A stretch of DNA of 63,761 bases, the filler included, from Squatina squatina (taxonomy: Eukaryota), in the NCBI GenBank assembly GCA_031763465.1. It is 4 parts of 3 records of this genome, joined end to end, with 100 filler letters (N's around TTAATTAATTAA, not from the genome) between each part and the next. Parts side by side here need not be neighbours in the genome. Positions count along the whole stretch, not along the records: positions 1 to 22,441 come from JARFOE010000115.1; positions 22,542 to 35,275 come from JARFOE010000115.1; 2 more parts are not named here. One strand, 5' to 3'. The position numbers and the translations under genes are program-made. The first letter of the stretch is position 1. The number at the start of each line of letters is the position of its first letter. A model generated the notes under the pieces. It saw nothing but the letters and a program-made list of their open reading frames with translations, was not told the DNA's origin and did not search any database. This document shows, in pieces, positions 11,486 to 24,977 of the stretch.

Positions 11486-13756
11486 NNNNNNNNNNNNNNN
11501 NNNNNNNNNNNNNNNNNNNNNNNNNNNNNNNNNNNNNNNNNNNNNNNNNNNNNNNNNNNNNNNNNNNNNNNNNNNNNNNNNNNNNTCAGGTGCACATCCA
11601 AATACTTTTTAAATGCAATGAGAGTTTCTGCCTCCACCACCCTTTCAGGCAGTGAGTTCCTTTGTGATCTCTTCCAGTCATACTTCCCTCCCTGCACCTA
11701 CCCATCCTCCAAAACTGGCCTACTGATTCATTGCACCATTGGCACCCACTCCTCCACCATTGTGGCCTCACCTCCTGGAACTCAGGAACTACTTCTCTTT
11801 GTCACTGCCAGCCATCCTTTTTATTTCTCCCTCTGGCTTCTTGACCCACTCTTCGTCCACTGCCCTTTAAAATGCCCTGAGGCTTCTCTCCATGTGCGAA
11901 GTGAACCACAGAAATATAAGTTGTTGCTGCAGCAAGAGTCTGCTGTATTTGATTGCCATGAACACTGGAAGAAGTTGATTATTTTTGATCAGTAAAGTTA
12001 GAGATTCTGACTGTGCCATTCACAGGAGGTTTAGGGCAACATGCAATCCCTCTACTTATACCAATCCAATTAACATTGGCAAGCTAGACAACTGAATACA
12101 GGCAGTCTGAATAATGAGTAATGAGCATTTTTATTGGAGTTGATAAGGTCAAGTAGAATGGATCTTTTGTTAATTAGATGCAGCTTTTACACTGGAAGCA
12201 ATGCAGTCAGATCCTCTCCATATTCAAAGGATATTTGAAAGTGAAGTGTGTTGCACCATATTTGGAAGAAATAAATACTCATTGCTGTTCTGGCATTTGA
12301 ACTGTGCTAAACAAGAGGACCAGTAGTGCCGGCTGACACAAAGGAAACGCTGACGTAAAATGAATTATTATTCAAGCTATAATTGTGCATTATTATTGTT
12401 ATACTTGTATGTATTCCTTGTGGCAGCTTGGAGTACTGATCTGTGTCCAATTTAGTACATTTAACGTACTAGACTATGAAAAATCACCCAGAAAAATCAC
12501 CCAACCAGTGCTTAAAAGTCTGAATAGATCATCATAAATTGGTGCATGGCTACAAGTATTGANNNNNNNNNNNNNNNNNNNNNNNNNNNNNNNNNNNNNN
12601 NNNNNNNNNNNNNNNNNNNNNNNNNNNNNNNNNNNNNNNNNNNNNNNNNNNNNNNNNNNNNNCCAGGCTCAATTCCGCAAATTCAAAAATTTTTACTTTG
12701 GGCTGCTTTTGTGCCCAGGTAGTGCCGCTGTTCAGCGCTACCTGGACATGACAGCAGACCAATTGGGCCCCCACTATTTCTCTTCAAGGACATTGCTTCA
12801 ACAATAGTTTGTGACACAGAATTCCACATTATAATCATCTTCTGTGCAAAGAATTTTTATCTAACCTCCCTCAAATTCTTCTAATGATTATAAATTTGTG
12901 CCCCCTCGCACCCATCTTTCTGACTAATGGAAAGAACCTTTTACTATTGTAGCTCCTGAGATCATGAAGGCGTATCAAATCCTTCATAATCTTGACGACC
13001 ACCATCAGCTCATCCCCTTAATCTTCACAGCGCTAGTGAACAAAGCCCTAATTACTCAAGTCTCTCTTTATAAATGTAAGTCTGTGTAGCAACCTCATAA
13101 AAGAACAAGGTTGCCATATCTCTAGTTGCAACCAGAGCAATTATTCCACCCCATCCTTGCACCATTGTCTTGTTTACATTTAGCCTCTTTAATGTCCTGT
13201 ATTCAATCTCTTCACTCAGTCACTCTGCTCCTTTCCCCATATCACTCCCTGAAGCATTTCTAACCCTTTTCCTTTTTTTGTTGCTCACTTTCGAGTTGCT
13301 GGATTTGCAGTCCCGCTGTTAACACCATGTAAAATTTTGCATCTTGTCACGATACCACATTGTCACTTAGCCAATCTCAACATAAAAAATGCCTTCTATA
13401 CTAAGAGGTCTCATTACTGTCATCACCTATGCTGTAATTATGTATTATATCAGCAAATAAACCACCACCATAGGATACATGTCTTTGAAAGTAAGTACAG
13501 CTGTAGATGGAGAACACATAACAAGGATCAACGAGAAAAATAGGTTATTAAATAAAATCAGCATGTGTAGTTCTTAATGCCAAGGGTAGAGTTGAATCAC
13601 AAGTTGTTTGGCAGAATAGGTCTTTCTTTGAGCTCCGGTTTGCTATTGTGTATTTTGTTGATGTAGCACATCACTGTTTTCTCCTCAAAATGATTAATGA
13701 ATACATTTCAAGTCTAAGTTCCCCCTCTAATGGAGCAAACCTCTATTGCAGAGACT

Positions 13757-14068
13757 GGGGCTGGAGTACACAGGGGGACACATATTAGCATTCAAGGGGC
13801 CAAAATTGGCCTTTTTTAACATCCCATTAGCACCTCCAAAGGGCGCTAATGGGACATTTAAAAACATGGCATCGGGAGGCAGCCATTTCACCTCCCCCGA
13901 AATTCAGCTGGGGCGTAAAGGCCCATTCTGCCCAGCTGAATTTTGTGGCGGGTCAGCGCATGACATCATCAAGATGCGCACCGACCCGCACCACGCAGAC
14001 GCAACACCCTCGCCGCTCCGTTTGCATCCTGTGAGGAAATTCGCCCATGGGAGGCGGCTGCAGCACGG
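13757..14068. mobile_element. Non-autonomous GC-rich DNA element (Harbinger-type MITE), partial
   Basis: Shares GCCATTTCACC..C.CC.GAAATTCAGCTGGG with 57583-57615; CpG-rich; truncated by a gap. Confidence 0.5.
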
Positions 14069-17000
14069 NNNNNNNNNNNNNNNNNNNNNNNNNNNNNNNN
14101 NNNNNNNNNNNNNNNNNNNNNNNNNNNNNNNNNNNNNNNNNNNNNNNNNNNNNNNNNNNNNNNNNNNNAATGCGCAGGAAAATTAAAGTACACACCCCAT
14201 GCGAAAATCACACACCCATTTATTAATTTTTTTATTTATTAATAAGAAATGCAATTAGCCACATCTAGATTCCCGGTTAGCCACATGAGACTCCTGGATA
14301 ATGCATTGGACGGCACTGTCTGAGAGCAAGAAAATTGTTTCTTGTGTTCATCAAGGTGCAGAATCTGAATGCACAATCTTTTCTACTTTAGGCACTCCAT
14401 AGCATTATCAAGCATTCCCAAGCCAGGTTAGATACTGAACAAAACTCCCTGTATATCACGCTGATAAATCAGAAGAATTTCTCCCATTGTACCAGTGTGG
14501 TCTTTCCATTTTCTGTACTAGGCATTTTTACAGCCTCTGCAAGTAAAATAGCCAGAGCTTAGTGTTGAATTCTAGGGAGTTTTGTGTTGTCTACCTTTAT
14601 CAGCTACCAGCTAGGCTGAGCGTGTCTGAGCTCATAGCACATTGCACCTTTACGCCCATCAAAGGCAAAGAAGGCTTTCAATCCATTGTTCTGGGTTGCT
14701 GTCAAGCCCAGGCCCGAGAGGCGAGGAAATGCGTTCTAACTCACTAGGTCTCCTAATTTCCTGTCTTTTTCAATTTCCATTTATCTTACATAAGTATTTG
14801 ATTCTCTGATGTTCCTATTAAATTGTGTCGTCAATGCAAGAATACTGGAAGAGGTTTCACCACAGTTAAGAGTAAAATGCATTTGAAAAATGGTTTCTTA
14901 TCACAGATTGTCCTTACACATTATTCCAATTTGCGACACGTAGAGCTGCATGTAAAATGATGGTCATTAAATGTGAGATGGCAGAAAAGCAGGGTCAAGT
15001 AGATTATTCATTATTTCACACGGCATAGCTCTTGCTCTGACTGAGAAAATTAGGTTGGAATTTTTGAAGTGTACTTTTTTTAAATCTATAGATGGTACTT
15101 CTGCTATCAGGGTGATTCAAAGGCGAGTACTCATGCTGCATTTTAAAAATAAATGAAGCTCGCTTGTATCATGTGATGAAGGTAAAATCGGAAGGGTTGG
15201 ATTAGAAATGATTCATTGGATTCACAGGCACCTTGCCTCTCTATTCAGAACATTGACTTTATCTGTCAACAAGGTGTTAAGACTTTCAAAGGTTGAATTT
15301 ATTGACTTCTGACACTCAATCTCAAAATGTCCATGTTTGTCTTATTGTAAGTCAACTCTGAGTCAAAGACATGTATTAAGCACATTAATTTCCAGCCAAT
15401 TTGCCACAGCTACTTTGACTTAAAATCAAATTTATTCATGCCCTGCGCTTAATAAGAGATTTAACCACATCTAATGTGAGAGACTGAAAGGCAAGTGGTG
15501 AAGTTTCTGACTCAGATGGAATTGAAGGTGACCCAGAGGAGTACTTTGGTCTGAACTGTACAAAATACTTCAAACAGAAGTTATGCAAGATGGATTTTCT
15601 CCACAGCATACTGAGACCCATCTTGTTGTTTAACTATTTATTCCCAATTCCAGAAAAATATATTTTGGCCTTAAATTATTTAGTTGTCGATGGTGCTTTT
15701 CTCTGTGAGATTGAAAATGCAATTTTACCACCACATTCATCTCCTTTCAGAAACGGCAGTCACGGGATTCTGTTGTCCTCATTATCCAGGCAGCTGCAGG
15801 AAATATGTCCCCAAACATGTCGCCACCTTTGTTGTGTATTTTGTGCTATAATTACCTGAGAAGGTATGTTTTTTTAATATAAGGTGAATAGTGCTTTGTG
15901 TGCCGAGAAAAAAAAACATCAATCTTGATGAATGGCCAAGGTATTTTATCTTCATCAAGCATTTCACAGAACCCAAGTACAAACTGAAAAAATGAGCCAG
16001 ATTGCCATTAGTTATTACAAGAAATCGAACATTTACTTCATTGACTCAGGATTGCCTATCGCTGCTGAATTTTCTATGGATTCTGTTCTGTGACAACATT
16101 TACAAACGCTATTTATAGATGTGGCATTGAATCTTAAGTGTCTCACAAAATGCAAATTTCTTAGTTCAAAAGATAGGGAGGATTGTTTCTTTGATTGGTT
16201 ATTTTTGATGGGAAAGAAATGGGCTGTTCAATTGTGTAGGTTGCGAAACTAATCGCAACCATGCAAAAATATCTTCATCTTCTGAGTTTTGAATTATTGT
16301 TCTGTGGTTATCAGCTTCTTCTTTCTTAGTTTGACTCAGCTGGTAACACTTTTGCCCTTGAGCGAGGCGTTTATAGGTCCAAGCACTGCTCCAGGACATA
16401 AGCACATTGTCTAAATTGGCACTCCAATGCAGCACTTGAGGGGTGCGACCATGTCAGATGATAAGATGCTGAACTTAGATTCAATGTGCTTCTTCCAATA
16501 GTTCAGGTGGAAGTGAAAAATCCCGTGGATGATGATGTGCACAAGCCATTGCTGTTAACATAAGCAAAGATCACCTTCCTCAATGGTATAGTCAGTAGGC
16601 GTTTCCAGCTGGTATGGTGTTCAGTTGTACAGACCAGCACTGTTCTAAGTTGATTTTCTGGCTTGTGCTGATCTTAGACAGGGCAGTGTTAGGGATGTTA
16701 CATTTGGTCTCAGCAATGCTAGGGATAGGGAAGAAAGAAAATCAGTCATGGCTCATGCTCCAGATCATCGTCCATTGAACACCCCCTCCATCCCATGCTG
16801 CAAAGTGCCAGATGAGGGAAGATTCAGCCGTCTGGGCTCACACAAGAAGAATGGTCACTACAGTGAGATTCTGGGGAGCCGATAGCACCAGTGAAGCTGT
16901 ACCTTAGCATGAGTCAGTGCTTTCAAGAGCAGAGGAGAGCAAATTGGTGTAAGAAAGAATTAAAGGGTTAACGAGTCAAATAATGTGAGCAAGTGCCTGA

Positions 17001-18866
17001 TCGTGATTGGCATAACTGCACAGTTTATTAGTATACACACTTTAGGTCGAGAGTGGCAGGATGTGATTCCAATAAATTTCACGCCAGCTCGTTTTTGAAT
17101 CAAGCTGTTTTTGAGACAGCGGCAGTCCTGTGAATTTAGTACTTTAGTTCTGCTTAGTAGATTTTCGAGATGGCACCAGCCAGCTCTGGAGGGGTGAAAA
17201 GCAGTTCAATTGGCCTAATGGGAATTGTTAAATTGCCTCCATGCTCATCAGAGTTCTCATTAAAGTAAATTACAAAAGAAAGGTGAATAAAAACAATGGC
17301 TGTAAAATGGTACTTAAATTCACATGAGTGTTGGATGTGGAATAATTTACAGTAATCTGGACCTGTGCAGTCAGAGATTTCTTTCTGCTTCTAAACTTGC
17401 AGTTTATAATTCCAATCATGACTATAAGAACTCATTCTCATGGAAGCAAAGCATTGAAGAACACACGTTTCTCCATAGATTGCTCAATATGTACTTATAG
17501 ATTCAGAGGAATTCAGGAATGAGAAAAGGCAATTCAGCTCATTCACTTTGCTCTTTCATTTAGATTCTTATTTGAGACTTTCACAATTTACTTTTCATCT
17601 GCCTCCCACCTCCAAAACCTTCCCATTCCAGCAGCGTCAGGAATCTTCCTTTTGATTAGGTCACCTGACCTAGATCAACTGTGCCTGCTGGCAGTTTGTT
17701 TCATAAAATGGGAAGGTATTTCTCAAGTCTCCCTGGGAGATTTAACGAGGAAGATATATCTTGTGCCGCAGTCTGTCTGTGCTGATTTAGCTCATCTTGA
17801 ATAAGGTGACAATGTGGCACTATAGTTGGCCTCAGCGCCTCCCTCAGACCCCAAGCTGTGGAAGGCATCTTAGATCCCTGCTGCATCTATCCATTCACCC
17901 CTGCTAAAAAATTGTGTATTTGCAAAGGCTGGGTGNNNNNNNNNNNNNNNNNNNNNNNNNNNNNNNNNNNNNNNNNNNNNNNNNNNNNNNNNNNNNNNNN
18001 NNNNNNNNNNNNNNNNNNNNNNNNNNNNNNNNNNNAGTGCATTAGCATTCATATAATCAGCATAAAATAAGCAGACAGGGCCCAGTTCAATTTTCCCGCT
18101 AAGCTGCGCAGCTGTGCAGTCATCTGCAAGGTTCTGCGCAAGCCATTTTCACATTGTAGATACCGCGCATGCACAAAAATTTGAATGGGCCCACAGGGGA
18201 GTGGCAGGCCGCGCAGGGGACAGTGCAGCTTACAGGGGATGTTGGTCATGTTCCATCACCTCTGAGACCAGGTTTTAAGTCCGACTAGGAATGGTGGAAT
18301 AAAAGTTTCCTCACTCTGCTGACTGTAAAGCCTTTTTGTAAAATGGGTTAAAGAAATCACAGCTCAGTTCTCAGAAGACATAGGTTCACAGTACAAAGCT
18401 GCATACAGTTCAACATAGATTGACACCAAACTCACAGTTTCACTGAGAAAGATTGTATGGGTGAGTGCTGTGCAGTGCAGTGGAACAATTTTTACAGATG
18501 CAGTAGGGGGTGTTCTTACAGTTGTTGGGACCCAGGCACATTGTTAAGATGAATAAAAAGAGCTTTACTATGTGTTTGATTGATGCTATACATGGGGCAG
18601 GGGACTTGATGTTTACGCGGGAAGCGGAATATTATCCATTCCCCAGCACTGACGTCACTAAGCTTGATGGGAGGAAAAATGCACAATTTTCTTTTAAGGA
18701 AAAAACTATCATGAATTTCAATAAACATTTAGATTAAGATGATGAGTTAAATCCCTTTAAATAATATAATGCTACTGGTCATATCTGATAATTGAATAAT
18801 TATTCTGTTAAATCTGAGCATAGGCAATGCATTGCGCTACAACCCACTTTCTCTCCGTTTTTCCAG

Positions 18867-19007
18867 GACACCAAGCTCCGAGAGTTGTTGGATGTTGGAA
18901 ATCAGGGAAATCGTCTGGAGAACAGGATGGTTACCGTGGTTTATGGCCCCGACTTGGTCAACATTTCATATCTCAACTTCATGGCCTTCCAAGAAGATGT
19001 AGCAAAG
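18867..19007 (+). CDS. PLCB1: Phospholipase C beta 1, internal exon (PH domain; equivalent to human exon 4)
   Basis: TTTTTCCAG acceptor and AAG|GTACC donor; 141 nt, phase 0-0; [47 protein letters not shown] matches PLCB1 [46 protein letters not shown]. Confidence 0.95.
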
Positions 19008-19374
19008 GTACCTGCGCATTCCCAAATTCCGTCCAAACCGGCGCCTTGCGCTCAGAATGTCCATCTTCATGCTCCAATGCAGTGAGGCATGTTTGAGAGG
19101 GTGGCGTATGTTTCAGGTGAGATGTAGCTCGTGTCTTTCTGCTGGCTTCTGAATACTTGCAGTTGTCATTGTCACCATTGCCTGAAAGTGAAGTGAAAGC
19201 CAGCTTCTCCAGCTTCAGCCTTTTCCAACCTCACAATGTCGCTACATACATTGTTTTAAATTTGAAGTTTCCTTTCTTTAAAAAAAAGGATACCAGCCAT
19301 AAATCATTTCCTATTCCAATTTTACATTATTTGTAAGCAATATATTTTCTTTTTTGTTTGAGTGGACAAGCTAG

Positions 19375-19582
19375 TTGTTGTGATCTGGAATGCACTGCCT
19401 GAAAGGGCAATGGAAGCAGCTTCAAAAATAACTTTCTGAAGGGAATTGGATAAATACTTGAGAAATAATGTGCAGGGCTCTGGGGCAAAGGTCAAGGGAA
19501 TGGGACTAATTGGAATGCTTTTCAAAGAGCCGGCACAGGCATGATGTGCCGAATGGCCTCCTTCTGTGCTGTATTATTATGA
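19375..19582 (+). mobile_element. CR1 LINE 3' end
   Basis: VVVIWNALPE...FRRELDKYL-like remnant followed by GGCCTCCTTCTGTGCTGTA tail. Confidence 0.75.
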
Positions 19583-20121
19583 TGGGCAAAAGGAGGCTAA
19601 AAATGCACTCTAGTGATAGAAAGGTCGACCTTAAAATGGTGTATAAGTTGAGGCTCTTATTTTCCTATGGTTAGTTGCCTTAAAACCACCACTACCAGTT
19701 GAAAATATTTAGCATCAACAAGAATTATAATTACATTTTTTCCAGTTGAGATGTTAAAATATACCATTTACTGAATTGAATTAAGTATGATTTCATATTT
19801 TTTTCGTATATAATAAAAATCTGTTTTCTGCCCTATTCTCCCAAAGCTGGGGAGCAACCTGTAATTGAAGGAACGGGCAGGTGAGCCGCTTCTTGCTCCC
19901 AGCCAGTTAGTAAGAGGCGAGATAGCAGACTGGACACCATTCTCCAATTATTTTAAACGCCGTAGCGACACAGCTGTAAAAAAACAACTCGAGTCTTGAG
20001 TTGAACTTATGTCCCGTACTGTCACAATGCTGTGTAGTACCCAATTAGCCCACATTTTATACACCATAACTATTTTTTTAATACTGCGCTGTTCACAGAC
20101 CAGGCTCTGTGATAGATGGAT

Positions 20122-20307
20122 AAAAGCAGAAAACACTCAGCCGTTCAGGCAGCATCTGTGGAGAGAGAAACAGAATTAATGTTTCAGCTTAATGGCCTTG
20201 CATCCAAACGTTCTGATGAAAGATCATCGACCTGAAACGTTGACTCTGTTTCTCTCTCTACAGATGCTGCCTGACCTGCTGAGTATTTCCAGCAATTTCT
20301 GTTTTTG
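20122..20307. mobile_element. Palindromic Penelope-like element terminal-repeat remnant
   Basis: Left arm CACTCAGC..TCAGGCAGCATCTGTGGAGAGAGAAACAGA..ATGTTTCAG (20122-20187) is the inverse of right arm CTGAAACGTT..TCTGTTTCTCTCTCTACAGATGCTGCCTGA..GCTGAGTA (20232-20307); family assignment from recall. Confidence 0.7.
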
Positions 20308-20462
20308 TGACAAATTTACCATCTTTTTGTTTTGTTAAATTTGTGTAGTTGCATCTCTAGGGNNNNNNNNNNNNNNNNNNNNNNNNNNNNNNNNNNNNNN
20401 NNNNNNNNNNNNNNNNNNNNNNNNNNNNNNNNNNNNNNNNNNNNNNNNNNNNNNNNNNNNNN

Positions 20463-20685
20463 CGGGAATACCCCTACCTTGATTCGTTGAGCTGGCCCAT
20501 GTGATCCCAGAAATGCATACAAAGCGCATATGCCCCTGGGACACATGGGCCACAACCCACGGGCACCCAGAGAGGCTTGGGACCAGAAGTTTCTGAAACT
20601 CCTGGGACCCAAGGTGAGTTTGTAGGAATTTCTGAAGGTCAGAGGCTTTCGCCTGCGGGAGGCCTCCGACCGTAATTTCCGGGCT
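20463..20685. mobile_element. MITE end with subterminal hairpins (related end at 7573-7751)
   Basis: GGTCAGAGGC...GCCTCCGACC-GTAATTTCCGGGC terminus; 7573-7625 shows AAATTGCGATTGGAG...CTCCAATCGCAA hairpin and a TACTTACC.G.GGGTCC motif matching GGACCCAAGGTGAGT. Confidence 0.5.
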
Positions 20686-20964
20686 AGTGTGTTTCCTGGC
20701 TGTTGACGTTGTGCCTGCTTCTCCAGAAATGCAGATTACACTCGGCACCAATGAACAGTCCACCTCCTCTTTTTTAAGAAGCGAGAAGCTCCCAAACAGT
20801 GAGCTGCCAATGAACAGCACCATTATTACTGGCAGCTTGACACTCAAATTTAATTGAGGTACCATTGTGGGAATTGATCAGGGCACCCTCCAACGACATC
20901 AGGCATGCAGAGCTACACAGCTCAAGACAGTTTTTGGTCTCTTTCAGCCTTGCTGGCAGCTTCC

Positions 20965-21250
20965 TGCACAACAACAACTTGCATTTATATAGCATCTTTT
21001 TAACGTAGCTAAACGTCTCAAGGCGTTTCACAGGAGCAATTATCAAACAAAACTTGACACCAAGCCACATGAGGGGATATTTGGACAGGTTTTGATCAAT
21101 GAGATAGGTTTTATGGAGCATCTTAGAGGAGGCAGAGAGGCAGAGAGGTTTAGGGAGGGAATTCCAGAGTTTAGGGCCTTGGCAGCTGAAGGCACGATCG
21201 CCAATGGGGGAGCAATTAAAATCGTGGATGAGCAAGAGGTCGGAATTGGT
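20965..21250 (-). mobile_element. L2-clade LINE 3' end
   Basis: Minus translation IGDRAFSCQGPKLWNSLPKPL...LHKTYL is the L2 ORF2 C-terminus; (TTG)n tail. Confidence 0.85.
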
Positions 21251-21539
21251 GGATTAAATGTAGGTTCTCATAGTTATGTCAAAACAAAACTATTTTGCAG
21301 TGCAAGTTAATTTTATGGATTCACCCCAGCATTTACATTGAATTTAGTTGTTGAATTCTTATTCAGTGATCTATAAAAGTTCATACTAACTTGATGATGA
21401 TGCCACCTGCATTTGTGCATATCTGGGTAGTTGGCTTAACCTGATCCACTAAGGGACATGTTGTGGAATTCTGTGTTGAAATGTACATTTTGATTGATTA
21501 TTTGCAATTTAAGAGTTTTTCTTCCTTGTCTGTTACCAG

Positions 21540-21686
21540 GGCACATATCAATCGATGGTTTCAAGAGATATTTGAGCGGTGACGAGAATGGAGTTGTCCC
21601 ACCTGAGAAATTAGATCTGAGTGAAGATATGACTCAACCTTTGTCCCACTATTTCATCAACTCCTCACATAACACCTACCTCACAG
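21540..21686 (+). CDS. PLCB1: Phospholipase C beta 1, internal exon (end of EF-hand, start of catalytic X domain; equivalent to human exon 10)
   Basis: CCAG acceptor and CAG|GTAAG donor; 147 nt, phase 1-1; [48 protein letters not shown] contains the PI-PLC X-box SSHNTYL. Confidence 0.95.
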
Positions 21687-22224
21687 GTAAGAAATCAGGA
21701 TTGTCTACAGTGCCCTAGGGTTTTTCTGCATCACAGGTTAATGCTTCATTAGAGTGACCTTCCTAACACTAACATTCTCATCACTAATCGAACAAAAGCT
21801 GCAAACATTTGTCGTTTCCCCTGCCACCACCACCACCTCCCCCAACCCACCACAACATCCCCCACGCCATTCACCCCCTCCTGAAGGCACAGACTCATGC
21901 TGGGTTCATGGGAGTTTCATGTCCTCCAGTGCCTCACCCATGTGGCAGTCTTTATTGGTCAGGAGGCTATTCAACTCTGGAGAAAATTACAGCTGAGCCC
22001 AATCAGGTTATCGCACACAAACTACAAATGTGTATTGCCAGCAGAAGTCATGGATAGGGATTAGAAGAAGCCTGTTTTCCATTACACAATCTCAAGACAC
22101 TTTATTACTGTGCTCTTGTCATTTGCTGCTCAGATCATGTTTGATCCACGGTTTGACTTCAACATACCTTAGAGCACAAAGTTGCTGAAGCACGTTTGGC
22201 AGAACTGTGGCACTTCTATAGGTA

Positions 22225-22441
22225 AAAAATGGGATGAGGTCCTAAAAGCTGAATATAGGGAGTTAGGAAATAAATTTAAAAAATAGGACCTCAAAGGTAG
22301 TAATCTCAGGATTACGACCAGTGCCACGTGCTAGTCAGAGTAGAAAAAGCAGGATATTTCAGAGGAATACGTGGCTAGAGGATTGGTGCAAGGGGGAGGG
22401 ATTCAAATTCCTGGGACATTGGAACCAGTTCTGGGGGAGGT
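22225..22441 (+). mobile_element. CR1 ORF1 (SGNH esterase-like) fragment
   Basis: EVLKAEYRELG...RTSKVVISGL.PVPRAS...NTWLEDWCKGEGFKFLGHWNQFWGR. Confidence 0.8.
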
Positions 22442-22541
22442 NNNNNNNNNNNNNNNNNNNNNNNNNNNNNNNNNNNNNNNNNNNNTTAATTAATTAANNN
22501 NNNNNNNNNNNNNNNNNNNNNNNNNNNNNNNNNNNNNNNNN
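22442..22541. other. Artificial scaffold-joining spacer
   Basis: 44 N + TTAATTAATTAA (22486-22497; palindromic, stops in all six frames) + 44 N. Confidence 0.95.
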
Positions 22542-22699
22542 GTGTCAAGTTTGCTCAGCGCTGACAAACCTGACATTTGGGACAGGCGTGTGGTGGCGGG
22601 TTCACAGCAGGGTCCCGACCCGCTGGAGAAAAAAAACACTTTCCCAGCCGACCCGCCACCGATCGCGCCCGTTGACCCTCCGCAAAATCCAGCCCTTTA

Positions 22700-23565
22700 T
22701 CTTTAGTCATCCAGGGAGCTCTGGCTTTGGATGCCTTTCCTTACCCCCTCACAGGAATGTGTCTACTCTGTACCTGAACCATCTTTGCTGACTAATTTTT
22801 GATTCCAATCCACCTGGGCCGGATTCCTTTTCAACTCACTTAAGTTAGCCCTCCTTCTGTTAAGTATTTTTAGGCTTGATTGTACCTTGACCTTTTCCAT
22901 AACTATTCTAAACCTGGTGATATTATGATCACTATTCTCCAAATGCTCTCCCACTGAAACATGCTTTACTTGCCACACTTCATTCCCCAGAACTAGATCC
23001 AACACTGTTTCCTTCCTCGTTGGGCTGGAAACACACTGATCAAGAAAGTTCTTTTGTACACATTTCAGGAATTCCTCCCGTTGCCCGATACACTATTACT
23101 ATTCCAGTCTATATTAGGAAAATTGAAGTCCCCCATTGTCACTACTCTATAATTCTTGAATCTTTCTGGAAGTTGCTTGTAAAATTGCCCCTCTATCTCC
23201 TTCTCACTATTTAGTGTCCGATAGTGTACACGCAGCAGTGTAATAGCTCCTCTGTCGTTTCTTAATTCTAGCCAAATAAATTCTGTCTTTGAATCCTCAT
23301 CCACACCATACCTTTCCAGGGCTGCAACAGCAACTTTAATGAACACTGTCGCCCAACCCCTCTTCCATTGTCTCCTTCCCTATTTCTTCAGAATATATTG
23401 AGGCTGGGAATGTTAAGTTCCCATTCCTGCCCTTGTTTGAGTCATGTCTCCATTATTTGCACAAAATCATAATCCAATGTGGCAACTTGTGCCTGCAGCT
23501 CACCAACCTTCCTTGTCATGTTCTGTGCATTTACGCAAATGCACTCCAAACCCGCCTTAATCTGC
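22700..23565 (-). mobile_element. CR1 LINE ORF2 endonuclease region, degenerate
   Basis: IWLELRN..GAITLL.VHYR...RVVTMGDFNFPNIDW and LDLVLGNE...VGEHLENSDHN are APE endonuclease motifs; frameshifted. Confidence 0.9.
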
Positions 23566-24977
23566 NNNNNNNNNNNNNNNNNNNNNNNNNNNNNNNNNNN
23601 NNNNNNNNNNNNNNNNNNNNNNNNNNNNNNNNNNNNNNNNNNNNNNNNNNNNNNNNNNNNNNNNNGCCTTGCCCATTTTTATTGCTTTCTTCTCAAGCCA
23701 TAAAAATGGCCAAACTTGTAATGTCAGCTTTAACCACTTTTGGGAAGGAACAGATTTACTGGCATATCATTTTCTAATTGTTGTTCACTCCCCACATCTG
23801 CAGCTAAGTGTAATTTGATACCTCCATTTTGTTTGCAGTGCAAGTTATTTCTTATCAACAGGGTTGAAAATGATTTTTGTGGTGAGTTCTGGTTGCAATA
23901 AAAAGCTTTCACAAGATGTTAACTGAATTTTATACATTTCATTACTATGTGTGAACAAAAATTCTGTTACTCATCAAATGCGTGAACTTTCCACATGAAC
24001 CACATTTGGAAATGGAAAGAAAATCAAATGTCATTGCTTTAATGGTTATAGTGTTTATTTTGTCTGTGCTCCATGTCTTGCAGTTATTGCATTATTTTAG
24101 AGGGCATTTTGCAAAACAGGAAAAAAAGCAATTTTGAGTAATGAATCTAAGTTATAATATTAATCAAGCTGAAGAAAAGGTTATGTAGGAACCAGAATNN
24201 NNNNNNNNNNNNNNNNNNNNNNNNNNNNNNNNNNNNNNNNNNNNNNNNNNNNNNNNNNNNNNNNNNNNNNNNNNNNNNNNNNNNNNNNNNNNNNNNNNGG
24301 GCAATAACTGCTGGCCTTGCCAGGGATGCCCACATCCCAGGAACTAATTTAAAAAAAAAACAGAAGTAAGGGTAAGCACATGAGTTTTCACTAGATTGCA
24401 GAAATTTACTTAACTCAAAGTCTGTTTCAAAATAGTAAAGATCTCGAAATTCTTACAGATCTTGGAAGTAACCTTCAGTTTAAAACAGGTCTGCGCTATG
24501 AAGCTAATACTTGAAATCAGATATACAGGTGGTGCTGCACTAACCTGAGTTCATTAGTTGTCTGGCAAAGCGAGGTTCAACCCTGAAGAAGGTTTGACGC
24601 AGAACAGCAATTATTCATCCTCTTTACTTTGAAGTCCAAGCTGGAACAAAGGACGTTAGCACTGAGATAACCTTTCTAATTGTGCAACCGTGCCAATAAA
24701 AGCACCATTCATGGGAACATAGACAGCCTGACAGGTTTTCCTGATTTAATGTTTACAGAACTGCATCCCTTATGCAATGGATAACTGCCTTTCCCCCTCA
24801 GTTATTGACCAGTACCAGTACAGACAGTCATCTTGTTAATCAATCCATCTCATCAAGGTCAACCTATCCTCTTTGAAGCAACATTAATGCATTAGTTGAA
24901 ACCTATATTTTGCTAGTACAGAGAAACAGACAGCCTTCAGAATATAAGAAAGACATTTTAAACTCATCACAATACAA

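Noticed and set aside
10826-11995. 389-aa ORF
   Set aside because: Built from a minisatellite, 100 Ns and an antisense CR1 fragment; not a gene.
22486-22497. TTAATTAATTAA as a regulatory palindrome or recombination site
   Set aside because: Centred identically in N padding three times; a synthetic linker.
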